DNA of 51,483 nt, counting the filler, from Catajapyx aquilonaris (Eukaryota), in assembly GCA_000934665.2 (NCBI GenBank). It is 2 parts of 2 records of this genome, joined end to end, with 100 filler letters (N's around TTAATTAATTAA, not from the genome) between each part and the next. Parts side by side here need not be neighbours in the genome. Positions count along the whole stretch, not along the records: positions 25,779 to 51,483 come from JYFJ02005321.1; 1 more part is not named here. The stretch is one strand, 5' to 3'. Below are positions 38,536 through 51,396 of the stretch, one piece after another; position 1 is the first letter of the stretch, and every line of letters begins with the position of its first letter. A program made the translations under genes and the position numbers. Under the pieces are notes generated by a model. That model worked only from the letters and a program-made list of their open reading frames with translations, searched no databases and was not told where the DNA came from.

Positions 38536-39788
38536 TCAGTGCGATCCTGACTTGGAGTGTGCGATGAGCCACTGAAGGGTGATGTCTATGTTGTCCTTTT
38601 CTTTGCATGAGATTGAGTAGCAGCAGATCTCTCTGTCCTGAATGGCCGACAGGTTCCTGCCGAAGAAAACGACACAATGAGAAGCCATAAAGTCACATGA
38701 ACATAAATGACGCAAAGTAATTTCCGTGTGATTACACGACTGTGGAAATTTCCCCGACAAAATGTCACGAATAAAGAGTAGTACGTACATGCGTTCAATG
38801 AGTCCATTCTCATCAAGTGCATTTGGCAAGTCCCGCTTGTTTCCCAGCACAAGCACAGGTATCCCTGCCAGCTGAGGCTTGTCCAGAAGGTTGTGAAGCT
38901 CGTTGCGACTCGCCTCCAGTTTTTCGTGGTCAGCAGCATCAACCATGTACCTAACAAAAGTGCAACACGATATAAATGATTACGAGCATTTATCCTTGCG
39001 ATCATACGTGTACTTACACAATGGCGTTGACACCTCTGCAGTATCTTTCCCACATTGACCTAAAGCGAGGCTGACCACCAATGTCCCACACCTTTATGGT
39101 CACGTTTCCCTTTGTGATCTTGCGCATATTGAATCCTACCGTTGGAATCATATCTTCACTGAATTGCCCAGACTGCGAACGAAAATAATTAATTAGTTCG
39201 CAATCTGTAAACGCTGCACTTCAATTTGTTCAATTGCGGTTATCATATGAGTTGACAAATTAAGCAAATCAGCAGCCGATAATTTTTAAGGACCTTCTAC
39301 GTTTATTCATGCGCGACTCTTTACCTTGGCTTTCTAAGATTAGATTAGTATGAGTCATGCAGTCTGCAGATGACTCTTATGCAAATGGGGTTTGTCCAGC
39401 ACCGCTTTTCTGGAAACATTTCGATGTAATTTTCACACGCTGAAATAATTAGGCTAGTGCGGACTGTGTGGACTAATAGCATGTTTTCTACCCTACAACT
39501 CTCCTGAAACTGAAGTTAACATTTAAAAGGTGATAACAAGTAAAACAGGCAACACTGTGTAAATCACGAGGTTCAGTAGGGGGGAGGGAGGGGGGTAGGA
39601 GGATGGCGGGGGGGGCAAGAAACAAACAAACAAACGTTATGATTAATATTATAATTAATACTGACGGCGATGACGTTGACGAACGTGGTCTTCCCGGAGT
39701 ATTGCAGCCCGACGAGGGTGAGCTCCATCTCCTCCTTCCAGAAGAGGGACTTGAACCAGTCCAAGATTCGGTTGATCAGGGCCAGCAT
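38536..39788 (-). CDS. Arl8: ADP-ribosylation factor-like GTPase 8 (186 aa); exons 39788-39666, 39172-39018, 38950-38789, 38656-38536
   Basis: [101 protein letters not shown]. Exon sum 561 nt. Confidence 0.98.
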
Positions 39789-42700
39789 CTTTAGAACTCT
39801 TTTTTTTTTGTTTTTTTTTTTGAGGAGGTTCTCTCTATACGGAAGCGGGGGTTCTTCTTCTGACAATGGCTGCCGGCTCTGATGAGAGTGCAAGGAAGAT
39901 GGGACCCCCGTCGATTTTATCCTGCAGGGTTAGAGAGACGGGCCAGAGGAACGGGTATCGCGGCCATACCCTTGCGAAACGACAAAGTACAAGGTGCTCC
40001 ACAAAGTCAGCCGGACTCTTCAACAAGCATGTCGCTGCTACTTTGCAATCCAAGTCGCTGCTATTTAACACAGAGGGTGTACCGACCATGCAGTACGCAC
40101 CATACCGATTCGGGGACATACACTATGCTGAACAGCCCAGTACTGGTCATAATACTCATAACCATGATACAATCAGGCCAGTACTTGCCCCGGGGCAGCC
40201 TAAATACTGCAAAACAGCTATCGCTACAGACTGAAACACTTAATACCGTCCTACACTCGGGCATGTTCGGAATCACGTCACGAACACTCCCTCGGGCGTT
40301 GCCAACATATGGCGCGATTGGCAACACTGCCGGTGTAGCCACGCCATCTGTTATCAGCAGCATGTACTTTAAAATTTTGAACCGCGTGATTTGAATCGAG
40401 ATTAATTATTTTGTACCCGAGCTCGATTATCTTAAATAATTATTATTTTGTCGTTAGCGCGTTTTGTGAGCGCGTCTCGAGCGCGTTTAACTGACATATT
40501 GTGGAGTTGTGGAACTTGTCAAGCGCTGTTTAAAATCGGGCAGTAAAAAGCAGTTGTTCTGGACAAAATGCAAACTAGAACATTTTTTTTGTTGTTGTTC
40601 CAAGGCGATTAATTATAAAGTAATAAATGTAATGATAGTTGTACTCTATTTTTGTGATTTTCATTTTGTGCTCAAAAATATTATTCAGGTGGAAACAAAG
40701 GTGCTGGAAACAAGTACAAAAATTGATGCAACTTGAATAATTAAACTTATTTAGACAAATTTCGGTATTTAATTTTGATTGAGTTTAACTGCAGTAGGTA
40801 GAATAAGTTTAATTTAGAAAGTTGTTGGGGCTTGCGGGTAGATGTCGCGCGGATTATATACGTGCCTCTCTCATCAATTTATGCTGCAATTGTGTTTCGG
40901 TGCACGTTTTTTGGAGGATGACCTTTTGACCCTACGAGACCTTTGGCGACCTCGTGGGAAACAAAATATATGAGAAGGAGAAAAAACTGGTGTGTGAAAT
41001 GTCCCTTTCGCGGATTTTTGCACACAATTTTCCCCCGAACCGATTTCTCTCTCTTTCGCGACTTTAAAATTGGTTGAGAGTCGAATCTGATCTGATCTAT
41101 TTTCGGATGCCAATTTTCGCTTTTTTCGAAAGTAGTGTCGTTGTTGGATGACCTCCAGGGGTCACACAGATTTCTACTTTGAAGGAAATTTATATAAAAA
41201 AAGCACGTCCTGCTGATGGTCATCCACCTGCAGTGATAAGAGGTTTTTTTTAAGCAGGAAGAAATGTGTTGGCATCATTATAATGATTCTTTTTAAATAT
41301 AAATTTGCGAACGGACGCTATTTTAGTTAATTTAAAACTGAATCACCAAATTACTGGTATGTCACTTCCAACATTTTTTGGGGGGTGTTTTAAAGGGCTG
41401 GTTGCAGAACACAAATTATATTTTAAAACTTATTATGTGTGCAGGTAATTCACACTGAACATGTCATGTAATAGAAATTTTTATCAATAATTTTATAGTC
41501 ACACATCCGGGGCATTAATTGTAATAAAACCTTGGCCACAATGTAACAATAGGTAGCATAATTAGGTACGGTAACTCTTACACATATCTTTTTTAGAATG
41601 TGGACCACTGGTGAATATTATAATGAACAGTATTGTTTAAAAAGAATCGGATTGTTACTGCTACTTAGCCAATAATTGGAAAATTCTCCTAGTCGACCAG
41701 CTAATTAAAACTTGTCTGTTGAGGAACTTCCGCGGCGTATATTTTTACAACAATTACGCAACAATCAAACACGGAATTGTTGAGTGACAAAGTTTCATTG
41801 TGATAATTTCTCTGTAAATTTGCACTTTTGTATTGTCCAATAATTTTTGCCGATAATTTTAGGTGGCAAAACTGGGTCGTTTTAAAGACAATGTGACGTC
41901 TATGCTAATAATGTGTATGAGCATATTATCGCAACAGATATTGGAGCAGTTTACGCCCCACAGAGATTAAAAGCAGCGTGACCTTTCTCTCTCTCTCTTC
42001 CAGATCAGCATCCCCCATATAGATAAGACTAATAGTGACACATGACCCACTGTTCATATAGTTCGTGTCTATTTGCTCATCCGCGGATAATAATCGCCCC
42101 GTTATAATAAACACTTAGGGTGAGTGAGTCAATCTCTTCTTCTTTTTTCTTCTCAGTTCCCATCACTTTTTTTTGTGTTAGTTCCCACACGAAATCAGAC
42201 GTGTTATTACGACTTTCCCTCCCCCGCAAACGCAATTTTTTAAATAATCGGTCAGTGCATGAACATATGTGTGTGTGTGTCCTCATTATCATCAAAGCTA
42301 AGGAATCCGTTCGCTTTCTCAGCTCTCACACCCCCCCCCCCCCACCCTTCAAAAAAACATTACGGATTTTTAAAAAACCAAACCCGTCCAACTGGACTGG
42401 AAATATTGAAAGAATTGTGTGTGTGTTTTTTTGTATGTCACAAGATGGGAATCGGGTCTGGTGATCGACTCCACACCCAACTGATGGTGACGACATCGAA
42501 TGGTTAACACCCTGTCGCCAAAATGTTTGCCAATCTTTGAGTGGCGAATGTGTCCTACTTGAAACGTGGGGTTGGATTTGTGCAAATAAAAGTCTGCCAT
42601 CATTCGGGATCGTGAGCTAAATTCCGAAGTCTTATACAATGAGATGGTGTGCAACATAATAATCGAAGGCATTACTTGAGAGGTACTAATATTGTTGACT

Positions 42701-45290
42701 CGAACAAATAAAGTTCAGAATTTTTGATCATAACTATTCGCTCCAAGGGCTAAAGAGCAGCCGAAAAAGAAAAAGAAATGTAACTCTTCCACACACACAA
42801 AAAACAGTATTGGCAATTTTTCAACACTAATTAGAAACACCCTCGACCGCAGGCCTAGAAAAACCACTCACTCCGCTCGTCATTTCTAGTAATATCACCA
42901 TGTTTTTTTTCTCCATCTGATAGCACTTTCTTGTATACAAGTAAACAGCTTATTTTCACATTACTATCTGTGATGTGTACTTAGCACTCGCGAAAAGGTG
43001 ACGGGGAAAGTATAGCTAAATTGCCAGAGAAATTACGTGGCAAGTAGTTTCCTTATTATGCGTAATTAGTCGTTGTACCTAGTGGGGTAAAAGTGCCTTG
43101 ACCAATATTAAAAAAGGGTTGAAAAACTTGACATTTTGCCACTTCACGGCATTGACCGCACATCAGTGATTGACTTGTAAATCACTGCTTGTCACTTCAG
43201 ATTCACCTTGGTACTTGCTGGTGTGTTAAATGCAATTTCAGCTAAATAACGGGCAACCTCTGCCGTCAAATTGTGCCAAAAAAATGGCGGCGGATCAAGT
43301 CAATCAGAAGCCATTGTTCCATTATTTTTTCCCCACAAAAAATAACTAGTAGCTCCTGTAATAATAGTGAAGTAGCAATTACACACCAACGGATTCTCAC
43401 CAATTTTTTTATTATTTTTATTATTTCAAACCGCGCTTCCTTTTTTTGATTCCTATTCGATTTTTGCCATCTTTAACCTTCCATTATGATGCCCATTGTC
43501 TTTTTTTCCCCCCTCTCCCTTTCAAGTTTTCTTATCCCATATAATGAGAGAGGCTCGAAAACGACCGGAGAGATCAGATGATGAGATAATACCACTGGCA
43601 GAGGAAGAAGGAGACAAGGATGAGATCCTGCGCCAACCGAATCTTGACACTGACCCACTTTTAAGAGGCTTTGCTTCAATCCGGATCACCTTGCGCAGTC
43701 TTTTCAGCCGTTGCCAATGAGCTGGCATTCACCAGAGGGTTCCAGTCAGGATATGTGTGTGTACATACAATATACAGACAGGTGTAACAACTCGGCATTG
43801 AAAGACATAGAAAGGAGTTATATCATAAGCGATGAGAGAAAACGCGGAAAACCACTTTAAGCTGCTTGGATTCTTGCACCGCATTTGGAAAACTAAAAAA
43901 AACTGATTGTTAACAGCGATTGTTATGAATGACGGTGGTTTATCAGTGGGGAGAAAATTGCGCTGATGAATAGTAAGCAAAATGCTGCGATTTCTATACT
44001 TGTATGCAAACAATAAGATATTGCTGTACACTATAGAAAAATATGAGCAAAGCGATGGTTTTTTTCTAGTAAAGATATTAAATCACAGTTTAATTCCGGA
44101 TTCTCTGATGATAAAAACCCCGTTTTTAGTCCGATTATGGCACAGTTCAGAATTGCTATTGATGTCAATTATTATGATAACCGATCAAGTGCTTCCTTGA
44201 ATTTTTGAAGTGCACTTACATTGTGGCAAAACATTGTCCATTTAAAAAAAAACTGCATTTTACTGAATCATCATGACGAAAATAATATTTCCATTATTTA
44301 CTCTCAAATAAAGTGTTTCCTTATGTTCATAACGTTATGAATATTATTATGAATCATAAATGATATGTACTACAATCTGTTATACAAAAAAACAATGCTT
44401 TTTACACCAAAAGCAAAAGTAATTGAGGAAATGAATTTTGTGAGCTTCCTTTTACAAATGAAGGTAAATGACAAAAAGTGTTTCCTATACACATGGGCTA
44501 CTTTTGAAAAAAAACCCTCTGTAAAGATTAATGACACCTGCATTACTTATATGAAACCAAGCTTGAAACAGAACCACGTAATTATCAGCAGTGAATCAAC
44601 CACACTATTCCATAAATATATATGGCTGACTCAAAATGAATTTTTTTTACGTGTCATTACAGTGTATTAGACGGAAAGTTTCATTGAATTATGAATTGAC
44701 CAATTGTAAGATCGACAATATGTAGCAGTGTGGAATTCTATGTACTGATCCTATACATGATGATGACACTGTTGGCCTTCGTGCTATCCACTGAAGCGTG
44801 AAGGATAAACCGTGTGTTTCACGTAATGGATAATTCGGTGGGGGCATCTAATAAGAGGCGCACGTTGAATAACAAACCGACATATGATTACTATTTGTAG
44901 AAACGTTAGTAATGATGCAAACTCTACAAAAGCAGCAGGTGTCGTCCTCGAATGTAATAAACTATTACTCCATACACAAGTAAACAGAAAGTGACATCCG
45001 GAATGAAGCAAAAAGGAATGCTCCTTACGTTAGACAAAGAAAATAAAGAGGCTATTATCAGCACCGCAAATAGACGACCGTATATGGCTTTAAGAAAAAA
45101 AAACCGTGCATAATCCAGTGGAGCCAAATTCGGCTCAAACTCATGCCTACGGAATGAGAATCCTTGGGAACAACACAGGGGGCTGCTGTAAACAGGTTAA
45201 AAAAATGAGTGAAAGTGAAAAAATGGACGGTACCGTATCCTCATCGCATGTGGCGGCACGTGGCGGCCCGTTTTCTAACTAACCCAATCA

Positions 45291-45301
45291 AAGATGGCGG
45301 C
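45291..45301 (+). promoter_or_regulatory. YY1/Pho-like motif AAGATGGCGGC at the probable 5' end of the oxidoreductase gene
   Basis: Motif in a GC-richer island, followed by the donor AAG|GTAGGA at about 45399. The coding exon at 46147 is directly preceded by an acceptor (TTTTCAG). A similar motif is at 43282-43291. Confidence 0.35.
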
Positions 45302-46146
45302 GTCCATGTGACTTATTTTGATCGTTGAGAGGATCGATTTTGAGAGTGGTTTTGCCCCCCGTGCTCGCCCCTGGGCCTACCCGGGCTTGGTTAGGAAAGG
45401 TAGGAGACTCCGCCGGACATGGTGGTAGTGACGGAACGGGCCTAGGAGCAATGGTGTTTGCGGGAATGTGTTTTACCATTGTTTTACATGTGTTGTGATG
45501 CAATGTAGCTTGTTAATTGCCTCTTAATTAATTTTGAAGGGTTGTACATCCCAGTGGGTTAATTAGTCTACAGTGTCAGCACAGGTTGGATCAGTGTCAC
45601 TTGAAAATACAGTGACTTGTATAAAGCAGTATAGACTGTGCAATGTGCAAAATTTGGGCATTACAAAGCAATTACATGACTGCATTATTGTTATTTTCCC
45701 TAAAATTACCGTTGCATAAATATTGCAGATTTTTGTGTGTGTGTCTATTTACTGCTGGGTGATTGTGGGTAATTTTTTGTGTATTCATTTAAGGAAATAG
45801 CACGTTAAACTTTCTCATAGCAACAAAGCTGTACCAGTGTACAATTTCCGATGCTAAACTGTTGTGTCGTAATGTGTATGCACAGTGAGAAAGAGAAATT
45901 GTCACTTTTTTTTCTTCCTCGTCAGCTAAGCTTTCATACTGCATCCGCTGACAAGGATCAATATTGGATTGTTGCACGTGATGTCCCCTTAATTATGCGA
46001 CGTACACCACAGTAGGCCAACTAAGAGTAACTGCATACCGGTAGTAATTTTTTACACACCTTGTTGACACACATTACCTTCATTATGCGATGGTGTTGAC
46101 ATACTTTGTCTTAATTATGCGGTCACATGCAATATGTTCTTTTCAG

Positions 46147-47348
46147 ATGTTGAAGCGTGTTGGGGCAGCTGTGATGACCCCCTGCTCCAGAGGTCATCCT
46201 TGGGGCGACATCATCCGTCGAGGGTGGTCATCCGAGTCGTCGGTCAAGTCAATGTCAGTGGTGGTGAAGAAGGTTGGGGATGAGCCTGAACTGACCGTCA
46301 AAGAGGTCAAGGTTCGCAGCCCTGGTAAAGGAGAGGTGCTGGTCAAAGTAGAGGCAGCTGCCATCAATTGGCTGGACAGAATGGGGGTCAAAGGTCGCCT
46401 GCAGATGCCCGACACCCCGTTCCCTCAGCCCAAGACGCCGTATGTGATGGGCTTTGAGTTCTGCGGGGAGGTGGCCCAGATTGGGTCAGAGGTCACTGGG
46501 CTGCATGAAGGCGACCGCGTTCTGGCCATGTCACTCGGAGGTCAATGGGGTGCATGTAGTGAGTACTGCTGCGTATCTGCCACCGACGTTTGGCGTCTGT
46601 CAACGTCGATGAGGCCAGACATCGGTGCCAGCTTGGCCTACTCGTATGGGTCAGCGCTTCTGGGCCTTGGTCGACTGTCACATGGGAAGGTCAAGGAAGG
46701 CGCCAACATACTTGTCTCTGGTGCTGCTGGCTCCTTAGGTATGGCTGCGCTGGACATCAGCGCCCATGTGTACCGAGCTAAAGTTCTGGCGCTGACCAGG
46801 ACAGAAGAGCGTGCCTCGTATGCCAGGGACAGAGGAGCCTGGGCAGCTCTGACCTATGACCCGGAGCATATGCGCAAGAAGGTCAAGGAGATCACCGAGG
46901 ATAAAGGGGTGGACGTGGCCTTTGACACTGTCGGTGGCGACTTCTTCAAATCTGCTATACCTTGGTAGGTACTGTACTGTACACAGGCTTGCTATACTTA
47001 CTAATTTTTTATGATTTCAGCATGGGCCAGGAAGGAGTTATGATATGCGCAGGATGGGCGTCGGGAGAGGCGCCGAAGCTGACGGCGTCGTCGTTGATGG
47101 CCAGGTCGTTGTCGGTGGTTGGCTCGTCATTGGAACACATGCGACATAGCAGCCCAGAAGAGTACAGGAGCCTGGTGCAAGATGCGATCCAGCTGTGCGA
47201 GGACGGCCTGATCAAACCGGGCGTCTGGAGACAGATGGCCTTCGCCGACGCCTCCGATGCCCTCCGTCTGTCAGACCAGCGGAAGCAGATGGGAAAAATC
47301 CTCCTGTTGCCACACCTTCAATCCAAAAAGAGTACAGATAATAAATAA
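46147..47348 (+). CDS. MDR-family NADPH quinone oxidoreductase-like protein (zeta-crystallin/QOR-like); exons 46147-46964, 47021-47348
   Basis: PGKGEVLVKVEAAAINWLD, PYVMGFEFCGEV, GDRV, ILVSGAAGSLGMAALD, GVDVAFDTVGG, GKILL. 56-nt phase-2 intron. Basic N-terminus may be a mitochondrial targeting peptide (inference). Confidence 0.92.
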
Positions 47349-49801
47349 AAAAAATTAGCCAATTTACTCCTTTTGTCACCTTCAAACACAGTTCATCCAT
47401 CTTTTGAAATTGCTGACCGTGAAATATGTCTCTTCACTGAGCCGTGACGTCACTTCCCATTGTTGCATGGCCGAGTGCTTTGCTTTTTCCTGAGCTCGTC
47501 TTCCGCGATTCATTCGGCGAGAAAGGGAACGTGGAAAAGGAGCAAGGATTTTTTTTAAACGTTGTTTTCCACATCACATTTCGACATGTTGCTCTACTGT
47601 GCTCAACAAACCATGCTTCCTGGCTGATGCCCAACAATGCAACACTGCTTGCACATAATATAACCGGGTTTTTGGGTATGACCGAAATGCCAAAAAACCG
47701 AAGGACTCGACATTTTGATGGCACAGGAACCTTGGCATCACACAGCACGCCAACAAAAGGACGGGGGGGTAATAAATGGTCGGTAGAAAGAGAATGTGCA
47801 ACAAAAATTTTACAACCCCCTAGGCTGATGTAGAGAGAGGCAACAATGAGACCAAAAGTTGGGCCGAAATGGACAGGCACCCAACCAACAAGGTTACAGC
47901 AGAAACACACCTTTATTCAGACCCGGAGGATTCGCACAATGAGATCGTAAATCACTGGAAGGAAAATAAGAAGAAAAAAAAACATGTACTTTTTTTTTGG
48001 CATTGTTAGCCAGGCTGTTGCAATCGCAATTGTACAGTATACGTACGGAAAAATAATTGAAATGCGCATTTTGACATAGTGGAAAAATCCCATGATCTTC
48101 AAACTCTGATCGTGTATATATCTTCCGATGGAATCATATTTCGCAATAATTGGGGGTGTTGGCCTGGCCTGCTGAAGGGGGAAATCTCTGTGAAAACTTA
48201 TAGTGTTCATTATATATGGTTGGTGGAAATCTCGGAAAGAAATTAATTAGGAAGATTTTTGTGAGTGGGTTTTGGTGGGGGGGATGTGCGGAAACCACTT
48301 TCTCTTGAGCGATCCGCGGTTGGTTTTTCTTGGAATAAGGATGAGTTTATATGTGTGTGTGTGGGTGGGTGATGGCCTTGACCCGCAGCATGAGGCATAT
48401 CTCGAAAGGGGTCGAGGAGAGTGCACGTACCATGTTAAAAGAAGCGTGTGCTGGAGATGGTTTTCCTTAGACCCCCACCTGCTATTATCGTGCGCACACA
48501 TCACGACCGATTTCTACCATCATCCAAAAGCATAAGGACCAACCACTCTTTTCCCCCCCCCTTTCTTCTCACGTCCTTCCTGATGCTGCTAATTCCTATT
48601 ATCTAACTGTTATGCAGCAGCATCTCACCTCGAACATGTCTGTATACATTTAAAAAAATGGTGTCATGACCTGTCGTACCGTCTTGCCCTTTTCGGAGCT
48701 TCCAGTTTTAGAAAGAAGTTTTCAACAAGGTTCCAGGCCGAATTATCATAGGTATGCAATCGTGTTGCACAGGCTGCACCTTCGTTATATGCAAAAGGTC
48801 TTTTTAATTGGGCAGATGTGAGAGGTTCATCACGCACTCTTTTCGGTTTCATTCTATGAACTAGAAAAACCCTCGCTTCGGGCTAGCATTTGTCCAATCC
48901 GCAGGCCTAGAAATAAGCCACTCCTTTTTTCTAGGCCTGCGGTCTGTGAATCACTTCGGACTTATGATAATTATTCTCATAAAATAGATGCTGTACACTG
49001 CAATAATAGTAGAGGAGGCTGCATTGTTAGGAGAATGAATGGGACAGTAGCGAATGTCCAGTAGCTGCGAGTCGTACGAATCCTTGACCCCCAGCGTGCA
49101 TGGTCGTGATGATTGTGTTCAGACCCGCCATTATACAGGCGGTTCTAACAAGCGTTCTTCTTACACAAGGAGGCGAAGGTGTGAAAAAGAGCAAGGAAGG
49201 CCACTGCTCCCCTAAGCAATAATAAAGACATGGACATGTGTTTGGGCTTCTTTCTTTCTTCTCTTTTTTTCTTCTTCGTTCTGTCTCTTTCCCCATTGGA
49301 TGAACGACGCCAGGCTCCTCTTTTTTTATACATATTATTTGAATGAGATTGCATCTTCTTCTCCCAAGCACTAGAAGTGAAGGCTGGGAATTTTTTTAAA
49401 AAAGGGCCACCCACCACCACCACCCTGCACCTACATCCTCGCAACTGGTGTTTCCGCTTCGACTCTTTTCTCTGTTTTCACTCTTGTGAATACGTAATCC
49501 CTGCACCGTGCACTGTGGGTTATTGTGCATTGCTGTATGTACAGAAGGTCTTTTCCTCGAGTAAACAAAATGTGAAGGACGATTTGACGAGTCTCCTGCC
49601 ATTCAATCTAAAGTTCTACACCTGGCCAGTTGGCTTTTCGTGTATAGTGTGACAATAATGTCCGGTTGGAATAATCCGGAAATAATGTATACACAAAGCC
49701 ATATCGCCCGCACAAGTTAGTAGGCCCTAAGGAATTATCCCGAATAACATGAAAATAATCCTTCAATTATACAGGGCGGCTCTAAAGTCTGTATACAAGT
49801 C

Positions 49802-49926
49802 TTATCCTCCTGAGACCCCTGGTACAGTATACTGTACCTTTGTTTTTTCCAGCACCTTCTGACTAACTCAAACGCGTAAAAAAACCAACGGTACAGTATA
49901 CTGTACTCCGGGTCTCAGGAGGATAA
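49802..49926. repeat. Small inverted-repeat element (MITE-like)
   Basis: Perfect 17-bp arms TTATCCTCCTGAGACCC / GGGTCTCAGGAGGATAA, with the palindrome GTACAGTATACTGTAC just inside each arm. Confidence 0.7.
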
Positions 49927-50709
49927 TGAATTTCATGGTTGGTTTCCAGTTGTGCCAAGTAGTAGATCCTCCATGCATTTTTCCAGTAGAATTCGGCGTC
50001 TATAGGAGTGGGTCGTTTTATTGGATGGCAAGAAGTCTCCCTGTCACTTGCCCCTGGCTCCGTTACACACAAAGTCGCCATGGCCTTTCCTTGTCTTCAA
50101 AAACAAGTTGTGCGACCGATCCAGTTGTGCTTCTGTGTCCGCCTCTCTCATTTCCATTATGCAACAATCAGCAGTTGCACATACCGAAGCAGTTTTCCCA
50201 CGACCACTTTTGCTGCCATGCATTTTTTTTAAATAAAAAACAATCGCTGTTATTCGGCTATAGTAACCGACCTTCTGAGCCATCATTATAGGCACCCGGA
50301 TCTATCTTTATACGGCCAGCACCCTGTCCAAAAAAAGAGAAAGGGTTTGAATGAAGATGCTCCCTTCTTGGAAGGTTGCGTGACACGTGTTAGCATTGGC
50401 AGGCAAGTAGTCAAATGAGGAAAGGAAGCTGCTTCGGGCTTTGAGACTTTCCCTCTCGAAAGAGGAAGAAGAGAGCCTCCTCCTCCTCCTTTAGAGGGGG
50501 GGTTGTGTGTGATTCACTGCTTTTCTTCCGGATGGGAAGGGGTGAGAAGGTGAAGCATGCAGGGAGCGAGCATCCACCCTTGGAGAGGAACCCTCTCTTT
50601 GGTGTATAGAGAGAGAGGATGACCCCGATGAATCCACGGTGTGCTTCGTGTGAGTGAAGCAACACTTTGAGGAGAAAGTGGGCGCCCTTCCTCTCTCGTC
50701 TATAACACT

Positions 50710-50883
50710 ATGCGATACAAAACCCTCCTTCTGAAAGAGCTGCGACCAATCCCAGGCGACTTCCGACGCTCATCCTGCAGTGACGTCGACCTGGCCAATT
50801 CTCTTGTCTCTCTGGCGGTTTATACCCGAGGAACGAGTGTTGGGACAACCGCGGACGGATCATGGGCGCCCATCAGCTCCTTG
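50710..50883 (+). CDS. Possible first coding exon of an unidentified gene continuing beyond the window
   Basis: ATG-initiated GC-rich frame MRYKTLLLKELRPIPGDFRRSSCSDVDLANSLVSLAVYTRGTSVGTTADGSWAPISSL ending at TTG|GTGAGT (phase 0). No family recognised. Confidence 0.3.
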
Positions 50884-51293
50884 GTGAGTACTGCAACAGC
50901 ACTAGTGCTTGTTACCATCAGAAGGATGTGACCAAAAAAAATAGTGGAGTGGCCCCCAAATGGATCTTAGACCCCCCGCCTAATATACTCAACTGGAAGC
51001 TGATGGATTCATCCCGCAGTGGTTCTTAAAAGTGGTTCGCAAAAATTAATTTTTTTTTTGAAGAAAATCCCGCATTGGAATTATTCGTGGATGACAATTT
51101 GCATATTTGACTAACTTCAGTCTCTAAAATAGTGGACGAAAACAAAAGTGGCAAGTATTGTACTGTAGATCTGGATTAATTTTAATTTACATTAAAAAAT
51201 TGGGGCTCTAGGCGGATAATATTCACACGTATGATCTGCCCAAATACTATAAAAGGAAATGAAAAGAAGTTACTAATTATTTGTTTTAAAAAA

Positions 51294-51396
51294 TGCTTCT
51301 CATAAGTTTCTGGAGTGAACAACAATTATTGTTCACTCCAGAAACTTATGAGAAGCAATTTTATGAGAAGATCATGAATTATTCACGATCTTCTCA
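51294..51396. repeat. Two adjacent hairpins (perfect 29-bp stem with 6-nt loop; 16-bp near-perfect palindrome)
   Basis: TGCTTCTCATAAGTTTCTGGAGTGAACAA-CAATTA-TTGTTCACTCCAGAAACTTATGAGAAGCA (51294-51357); TGAGAAGATCATGAAT-T-ATTCACGATCTTCTCA (51364-51396). Confidence 0.9.

Noticed and set aside
39835..40394. Overlapping ORFs upstream of Arl8
   Set aside because: GC-rich promoter/5' UTR region with non-ATG or weak starts and no recognisable protein features.
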